A stretch of 64,000 nt of DNA from Eledone cirrhosa (lineage: Eukaryota), in contig OZ024740.1 of NCBI GenBank assembly GCA_964016885.1, positions 139,748,001-139,812,000 of the forward strand. Reading direction: 5' to 3'. Below the pieces are notes generated by a model. It saw only the letters and a list, made by a program, of their open reading frames with translations. It had not been told where the DNA came from and made no database searches. The position numbers and the translations under genes are program-made. Shown in pieces: positions 55,285 through 64,000 of this stretch (its first letter is position 1; each line of letters begins with the position of its first letter).

Positions 55285-55912
55285 ACACACAAGCACACAA
55301 ATAAACATACATATCTTCACTTCAATAGAAAATCTGAACTCTGACACCCCAGCGAACTAACCATATTCACTGAACCAGAACAATTCTCCCAATGCCATTT
55401 CTCTTGACCACTATCTTTCCATTGTCATAACATTCGCTATAAAGACTACAGAATAGTTTTCCAAATAAGGGCGCAAAAATGTAATGAAAACTTGTTCACG
55501 TGACAGCCAAATTTCATTTATAACCAATCAAATCACGTTTATTAAAAAAAAGCCTTCGTGAGCCACCTTTTTTTAAAGTAAAGAAATTCAAACATACACA
55601 CACACACACACACACAAGTACACAAATAAACACACATATCTTTACTTTCTTTATTCAATAGAAAATCTGAATTCTGACACCCCAGCGAACTAACCATATT
55701 CACTGAACCAGAACAATTCTCCCATCCCTTTCTCTTGACCATTATCTTTTTATCAAAAAATTCTCTAAAAAGGCTACAGAATGGATTTCCAAATAAGGGC
55801 ACAAAAATTTAATGAAAATTTGTTCACGTGACAGCCATAATTTCATTTATAACCAACCAAAAAGAAGCCTTCGTGAGCCTCCTTTTTTCAAGTAAAAAGA
55901 AATTCAAACACT
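54665..55912. repeat. Series of diverged local tandem duplications
   Basis: 54668-54733 ~ 54855-54918; 54920-55090 ~ 55072-55230; ~55290-55600 ~ 55615-55912 (period ~320 bp, e.g. ctgacaccccagcgaactaaccatattcactgaaccagaacaattctccc occurs twice). Confidence 0.8.
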
Positions 55913-56298
55913 CATATATGAAAAAACAACCTGTGACAACCCCCCCCCCCTCTTATTTGAAGAACTATTGTAACGCGAACTGGCGCGAAATTTATTATAA
56001 TTATTGACAAACCAATCAAATTACTTCTCTAAAAACCTGGCATTTCGAGCCACTTTTTCCATATAAAACAAGTAACATTCAGAGACCAACCAGATGTGAG
56101 AAAAACCACAGACCCTCCATCTCAACTCACCTTTTGAAAAGCAGAAGAACTGCGAAACCGGTAAAGGAACCAAATAAATATATATATATTTTTTTTAAAT
56201 AAGACTCCAGTTGCATTTTCGATTTCATCTCTTTTTCTTTATACTTTCACTCGTGTAGGAACCTCGGTTATTTTTCATTTTGTAAAAAAAAACCTCAC

Positions 56299-57235
<937 letters not shown>

Positions 57236-57423
57236 GGTACGTTATTCCGGGTTGAATCGGAGGTAACCACAGTAAGTAAGGTACTCAATACATAGCAGAG
57301 TATAAAAGTTTTAATATAGATGAGATTCTACAGGACTAGAACTGTTTCATTCTTTAGAAATCATCAGGAATTCCTGATGATTTCTAAAGAATGAAACAGT
57401 TCTAGTCCTGTAGAATGTGATCT
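57236..57423 (-). mobile_element. TA-embedded element (family D) with head-to-head hammerhead cores in a perfect 92-bp palindrome
   Basis: 57325-57416 is a perfect palindrome centred on gaattc. Each strand reads CTGATGA-tttctaaagaat-GAAA-cagttctag-TC. The tail shares gtactcaatac with family A. Confidence 0.75.
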
Positions 57424-57834
57424 ATATATATATATATATTTATATAAGTATGTATACGTACATACATATATGTATACAGACGTACAGTAGTATGTATATA
57501 CATACATACATGCACACATATATATATGTACGTATTGGTTTACCGAACATTTATTATAATGTTCGGTTTGTTTGTAAACGAACAGCCCGAATGAAGCCGT
57601 ACAGTGTTCGGCAACCATCGTTGCCCTTTTGTTCAACACTGACAAAGGAACGATGAACTAGTTTCTAGCTTCTTAGCTGTCATCTGCACCGTATACCTTC
57701 CTGTCAATCGATTGAATGTTTGAAAGTATATACTTTCCTTATGCATATTAACGGGATAAGTTATCCCTGGATAACTTGAACCGTTAAGGTATATTATCCT
57801 TGGTTATGTCAAAATTTATAAAACACACTTCGTA

Positions 57835-57892
57835 TTTTATCTGATGATAGAGTACCAAACTTTTTGGTACCCTTGAAATATATATAATAGAA
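57835..57892 (+). ncRNA. Type I minimal hammerhead ribozyme motif
   Basis: Stem I ttttat/atagaa; CTGATGA (57841-57847); stem II gtaccaaa-ctt-tttggtac; GAAA (57875-57878); palindromic stem III tatata; AUA cleavage triplet. An AT-rich tail and TA follow. Confidence 0.7.
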
Positions 57893-57953
57893 CAAATATG
57901 ATTTTATAAATATAGTTTCTATTTATTTAATATCATTATATATAAAATTGAAA

Positions 57954-58208
57954 ATTAGAATAGGTGCTCTGAAATAGCGATGTATATATGAATGTATACA
58001 TAGTGCATTTGGTAATACACTGTATGCTTAATTAAAAGCATTGTGAAGACATTACACTATTGTTTTAAAGTAGTGACTATGTCACTTACTTCTCAAAAAC
58101 AATAGTGTAAGGTCTTCAAAATGCTTTTAATTAAGCATACAGTGTATTACCAAATGCACTATGTATACATTCATATATACATCGCTATTTCAGAGCACCA
58201 ATTCTAAT
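57954..58208. mobile_element. Family B fold-back element, second copy
   Basis: Arms ~57954-58065 / 58095-58208. The spacer contains agtgactatgtcact (HHR stem III). Homologous to 3733-3981. Confidence 0.78.
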
Positions 58209-58252
58209 ATAATTCTAATATATATATATATATATGATATATATATATGTAT

Positions 58253-58254
<2 letters not shown>

Positions 58255-58328
<74 letters not shown>
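58255..58328. repeat. (GA)n microsatellite
   Basis: Direct inspection. Confidence 0.97.
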
Positions 58329-58332
<4 letters not shown>

Positions 58333-58908
58333 GGTGCTTTTCGGGATGGTCTTAATAAATAGTGGAGTAAGTAACAGTAAATATCCTAAACAACCGACAC
58401 ACTGACTTGTTTATAGTTGTAATGGCTCGTGTGGGACTATTCACACTTTTTGATTTTGCTGATAGCAACGGTTAGTGCAAATACGCCACAAGACTGATGA
58501 ACAGCAGACCTCAGGCTTTCTGTTCAGAGTTTTCCATGTCATGGGGTGAGGCTCACACACACATCCATGCATCTACCCATCCATTATATTTTCTCCCAGT
58601 TTATACAAACGCAAACAGACAATACGAGCATACTAAAAGAAAAGAAAATGAAAAGATAAAGTTAATATATAAAAAGATGAAAATTAATAGATAAAATAAA
58701 AGTTAATGCATTAAAATATATTAAGTTAATGCATAAAAATATATACGTATATACGTACATGCGTATATATTTACATATTTACATATATATATATTCGTAT
58801 ATATATATATGTGTGTGTGCGTACGTGCGTGTGTGTTTGTGTATGTGTGTATGTATACTACTACATTATCATACACACATATATTAGTTATTTCACACAC
58901 GCCCCCTC

Positions 58909-58955
<47 letters not shown>

Positions 58956-59840
58956 CAATACTATTTTACTAATATAGATACAAGCGATAAAGAATAATTG
59001 AGCCGCTACGAAGAGCAGCAAAATATCCTTCGAATTACACCAGACACCTTTACAAAGAATGGACACATAGAAATAATACGGTGATAGGCAAAGTATCAAA
59101 GTGGGGAAATGTACTGATCAAAACTAGAGTATCTTTGAATCACATGTCTGCTCTATTAAGATTCATCCGAAGCAAAACTAAAGCAAAAGTTCTGTTGCCG
59201 GAAACATTTCTTCCAAAATGATAATTGTTTTCTTAGAGTTATCCCCCTTAGACCAAGCAAACGCCACTCATATTGCGTTTCTTTCTCGTTCGTGTTCATA
59301 ACTCCCTTTTATTACAAATCTAATCACGCGATACATTATAAGATATATATAGGTTTAGCTTAGCTGAATGGGCCTCCGTCGTTTTCAACGATGAATGTTA
59401 TATTTGTTTGATTAATGAAAGAGCCTGCTTGTGAAATGAATGTGGAAGTGACATAAATACGTTTAATCTTAACGTAATTTTTCGAAAGATTCTACTTGAA
59501 CAGTATGCGACAAGGCTGTCCCTTTGAATTACAAGTCCAACTATAAATCCTTTAAACAGCTTCCATCTACCCAGATTCACGGACATGGCTTTGGTTGACC
59601 GCCTCAATATGATCGTATCTTGGAACCTTATGACGTTAATTTCTTAAACATTCTGCCACGCATTGTTCACTGACTTCCGTACAGGACTGATATGTTTAAC
59701 GATAATGGCGGAATTTGAACGCAAAATGTAAATCACTGTAAATTAAATACTTCAGGGTATTTTTGTCCGACCCCAAATGATTCTGCTAAACTACCACCAT
59801 TACAATCAAATATATTTTCATACGCATACGTTTGTGTGTG

Positions 59841-59943
<103 letters not shown>

Positions 59944-60370
59944 TTACACACCCATTTCTATATTAAACATTATTTATATATATAATGTAGTCCTAGAAAC
60001 ACAATGGCTGAGAGAGAGCGTGAGCGATGATGTGATCACAACTGGAATACTTTATCAAGGTTGACTAGTAACTAAATAGGAACAACTATAACACAAGCCG
60101 CCCTGATCACTCGTCTCTCTTTAGCTTCTTTCTCTTGTTCTCACTCTGTTTCATAGCCCCAAAAGCGACTCGCAAGAAATAGTACCGATATCTTCCTCCA
60201 AATCACACCAACTCACAGTCTCAGAGAAGGACTTGTTGGATGACATCTTCCTGGGTTCCCTGCACATAGGAAAAAGAAAGTATGGTTCAGGTTGAAATGC
60301 CTGCCAATTTAGTCGATCATATCGCCCCTCAGAACTTCTTTTACTAGTTTCAGTCATTAGATCTGCTCTC

Positions 60371-60461
<91 letters not shown>

Positions 60462-60847
60462 TGGGCTAAATGAAAAGAAATTTACAGTTTACGCCTATAT
60501 AGAAGTAGCTGGCCACCTACGACGAGATCGAATTTCAATATGACGCCCCAATCCTATCATGAAACTCAATGTGATATGAAGCATCATGCTCAAGAACACA
60601 TGCTGCACAGTCCTGGAATCGAACTCATGCACTTTTGATTATGAGTCAAACAACCTAACTGTTATTCCAGGTGCCTTAATCACTCCAGGCTGGGGGGTCG
60701 TACAAAGTTTAGAGACGCTGACTAACTTTATATAAACATCAACATCAGAATATACATACACCACACCTATTAATACCAACATCATCACCACCCCGACTAC
60801 TATTACTTCCACCACCATTATCATTACCGCCACTAGTATCGTCAACG

Positions 60848-60887
<40 letters not shown>

Positions 60888-60994
60888 CTCCTCTATCAGT
60901 AACTTTTGTCGCCAACATTACGTTTAACAGCCCCACCGTCTACTGAATCATAATTATACTATATAACAATCATAATTTGACACGAGAATCGATA

Positions 60995-61073
<79 letters not shown>

Positions 61074-61222
61074 GTGAGAATAACGAAGCTCAGTTTATTC
61101 AAATATTCATTTATTATAGCTAAGTCGTGATCCGTGTTACTCTGAGGTTTCATCGATCTTAGCTATAGTAATGAAAAAAGGTGGCAAATGTTTATGTATG
61201 TCCGTGCTGGCTATATATATAT

Positions 61223-61276
<54 letters not shown>

Positions 61277-61278
61277 GC

Positions 61279-61320
<42 letters not shown>

Positions 61321-62553
61321 TTGTGTATGTGTACAGTCGGTTCTTTGGTAACGAATCCAATCCGTTCCAGGATAACGTTCGTTATCATAATCTTTAATTT
61401 CCTCATCATTTAAAAAAAATATATATTTAGGGACAATTCGTTCTCGAACCTCATCAAATTCCAATGGTCTACACGCAAAACATGCATTTAAGAATTAATA
61501 AAACGATAAAATATATGCTTATAATGTTTCCAACATCAATACAAGTATGAGTAATCAAAAAGAAAGAAAATCGCTTTTGATTTATCGTTTTATTTACATC
61601 CATTGTGTCTTGCCTCATATATATCGTTAACAGAAGAGTGTGAATTTATCTAACAGACACCAGATTATTGAAAGATGTTGGCCCAAATTCCTGCACCAGC
61701 CAACGTAATACAGTTCTCCGACTCACTATTGTACGTCTTAGAAGAAATAATTTTTTTTTTTTTTTTGCAACGATATAATTGATCATCTATAACGATAGTT
61801 TTTCTGGGACCATTTTATTTGAATATGACCCACGAATTTGGTATTTGATAATAACGTTGCTACATCCAACTTTGAAAGACAGAAATATCTTGCTCTAAAT
61901 AACATATATCGTATAATGTTCCTATGTTGGGTTCTTTGAACGTCAGAAAGTTATCACATTTCGACTAAATTTAAAGTAGGCACACTTTAAAAGAACAATC
62001 CTATAGAACAAACGCACAACATGTAAGCTAGCAGAAAAGAATGTCCTGTAAATGTTTAAACAATGATGATGGGTGTGCCAAATTTGGTCAATTTAGTTGT
62101 AGTGATTAGTTTAGCTCGTTGCACTCTAAAATGGTCAGAAAATAAAATTTGAGTCCAAGCAGGTCATATTACATTTACAGCTTTCAATCATTATAAAGTG
62201 ATTATACCAAAATGACCTATGAAATCTGTTTCTGAATGTACATACTAGCAATTGGCAAATAGTGATATGTGGAGAAAAAGTTATATGACAGAAAAAATTT
62301 ACTATGAAGGTCAACATGATATATCGAATATCAACCAAGATATAAAAACTTCGTTATGCGATAAACATAACATATAGATAAATTGTAGCTCATATACAAA
62401 TAGATGTGTGTTTTGGTAGTTTCGGGAGGAAAATATAATTGTATATATATATATGCGATGAAATACCCATGATCGTTTGGTAAATCACTGATGAGGGACT
62501 CATTTTATAACATGTTATCCATGTGCAACCAGCAGTATTCTTCTCACCCATAT

Positions 62554-62651
<98 letters not shown>

Positions 62652-62744
62652 AAACATATATGTGTATATATATATATACATATACATATATGAAAAGATT
62701 CAGGACCCCGACGGCTGAGCTACAGCCGTTTCGACAGCTACATA

Positions 62745-62799
<55 letters not shown>

Positions 62800-62803
<4 letters not shown>

Positions 62804-63172
62804 TATGTTGAGAACAAATCTGTTGTTCTATTTAGCTGCTATTTTTTTAGTAGTAATTGTAGACAGCAAGTCTTTGATTTTCCCGCTTTTACTTCGGTCC
62901 AGTTTACATACGGGTCACTTTTACGACCTTCCAGACCTTTATTTGCTGGTAGGAGGTCATATATTTTGTCGTTCCTGGGACGTTTAGCCCTAGGAAAGGA
63001 AAATGCTTCTCTGATGAGCTTTGGTTTTCCATCAGAAATCCATCGGATTTATGAGGTTTTACAAAGCGAAACTGATCAGTAAGGGCCACTAGGAGAGGTA
63101 AATATTTATATTATATTTTTTAATGTATTTTAAAGAATTGATTGAATTTTACTTGTTCTGCTTATCTTAATA
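62800..63172 (+). mobile_element. TA-flanked non-coding element (family E) with canonical HHR
   Basis: Begins after (TA)n, carries the HHR at 63007-63085, and ends in an AT-rich tail plus tatatata. Confidence 0.65.
63007..63085 (+). ncRNA. Type I hammerhead ribozyme motif
   Basis: Stem I ttct/aggg (2 G-U pairs); CTGATGA (63011-63017); stem II gctttg/caaagc; GAAA (63068-63071); palindromic stem III ctgatcag; GUA cleavage triplet. Confidence 0.82.
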
Positions 63173-63583
63173 TATATATTAAACTACCCTGCTTTTAAAT
63201 TCCCTTTTTGGCATATTAATCAGTGTGAATTTTGGCTATCCTGTTGAGCTCTGCTGAGGATCGAATTCCAACCGTGACCATCTTCACTGAAAGTTTTCGT
63301 GAAATAGTCTTTTCAAGACTATACAGAGCATTTGTAGTTGTTCCAAATTGAAGGATGAGTATTTTATACTTTATTTTATCATGAATTAAGGCTCTATTGA
63401 TTTTTTCCCTGGATTTCACTAAATTCTGTTGGATAAATCTATATCCTGATTCTTTTTGAATTGAGTTTGAATTATTTTTCCCACATCTTACGTTAACTAT
63501 TTTCCCATTTTGACGCTATAGTCGTCACTTATATATTATGGAATACAGTTGGCTTCTTGCTAACAATACTTTCTATACCTTTC

Positions 63584-63626
<43 letters not shown>

Positions 63627-63628
<2 letters not shown>

Positions 63629-63785
63629 AGCTCAAGCCGTTTCGACGGCTATTAGAAATAGCCGTTGAAACGGCTTGAGCTCTGCGGTCGGGTTTAAACA
63701 TTTTCCTATTACCCACTCTACTACCCTAAGTATTGAATACTCTGGTGCGTTATGGTCCATCTGGTTCCTTACCACAACTCCTTCG

Positions 63786-63788
<3 letters not shown>
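63627..63788 (+). mobile_element. Family A element in (TA)n with fold-back at HHR stem II
   Basis: Palindrome 63627-63683 centred at 63655. The tail is homologous to the reverse complement of 287-365. Confidence 0.8.
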
Positions 63789-63821
<33 letters not shown>

Positions 63822-63826
<5 letters not shown>

Positions 63827-64000
63827 AAAATGGCAATTTCTGTCTGTGTGTTTGTGAACCTAAAACTCAAAAACTACGAAACATATCTTGATGAAACTTG
63901 ACACGTGTGTGGGGCTTATGCCCATTTGATTTCTTACGTATATTTCATTTTAATCAAAATATATTTTCCCTTCGATTTATATGAAATTTAAACCATAAGT
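63822..64000 (+). mobile_element. Putative non-autonomous Helitron/DINE-like 5' region
   Basis: ataaaaatg..tctgtctgtgtgtttgt..aaaactcaaaaactacgaa..atcttgatgaaacttg resembles the 5' region of invertebrate non-autonomous Helitrons. It runs off the window end. Confidence 0.4.

Noticed and set aside
60156-60290. Apparent exon after a strong polypyrimidine-AG
   Set aside because: The sequence matches a dispersed repeat seen at ~21470, ~51065 and ~59000 (agaaatagcagccaaat..ctcaaatcacacc), and there is no convincing donor
63216-63590. Possible retroelement ORF remnant on - strand
   Set aside because: Multiple stops and no RT or endonuclease motif I can identify

Overview
Repeat-dominated eukaryotic genomic DNA. 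It is most likely from an octopod cephalopod, inferred from the recognisable Octopus-type tRNA-derived SINEs and the extreme (TA)n/(CA)n/(GA)n/(CATA)n microsatellite load. No intact protein-coding gene can be supported, and nearly all ORF-track entries are microsatellite artefacts. The centre (28236-50061) is a ~21.8 kb satellite of a 29-bp unit that stays exactly in register for 750 units and carries kb-scale higher-order repeats readable from rare variants. The flanks hold SINEs, an RTE-type LINE remnant, MITEs, putative Helitron ends, two Penelope-like element (PLE) GIY-YIG remnants and many short elements inserted in (TA)n. The most striking pattern is a set of distinct short TA-embedded elements carrying type I hammerhead ribozyme (HHR) motifs. 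In several of them the element folds back into a palindrome whose turning point lies inside the ribozyme. Similar fold-back and local re-duplication events have also captured a SINE and flanking DNA, including a ~3.3 kb palindrome at 12831-16122. All alignments, translations and RNA folds were done by eye.
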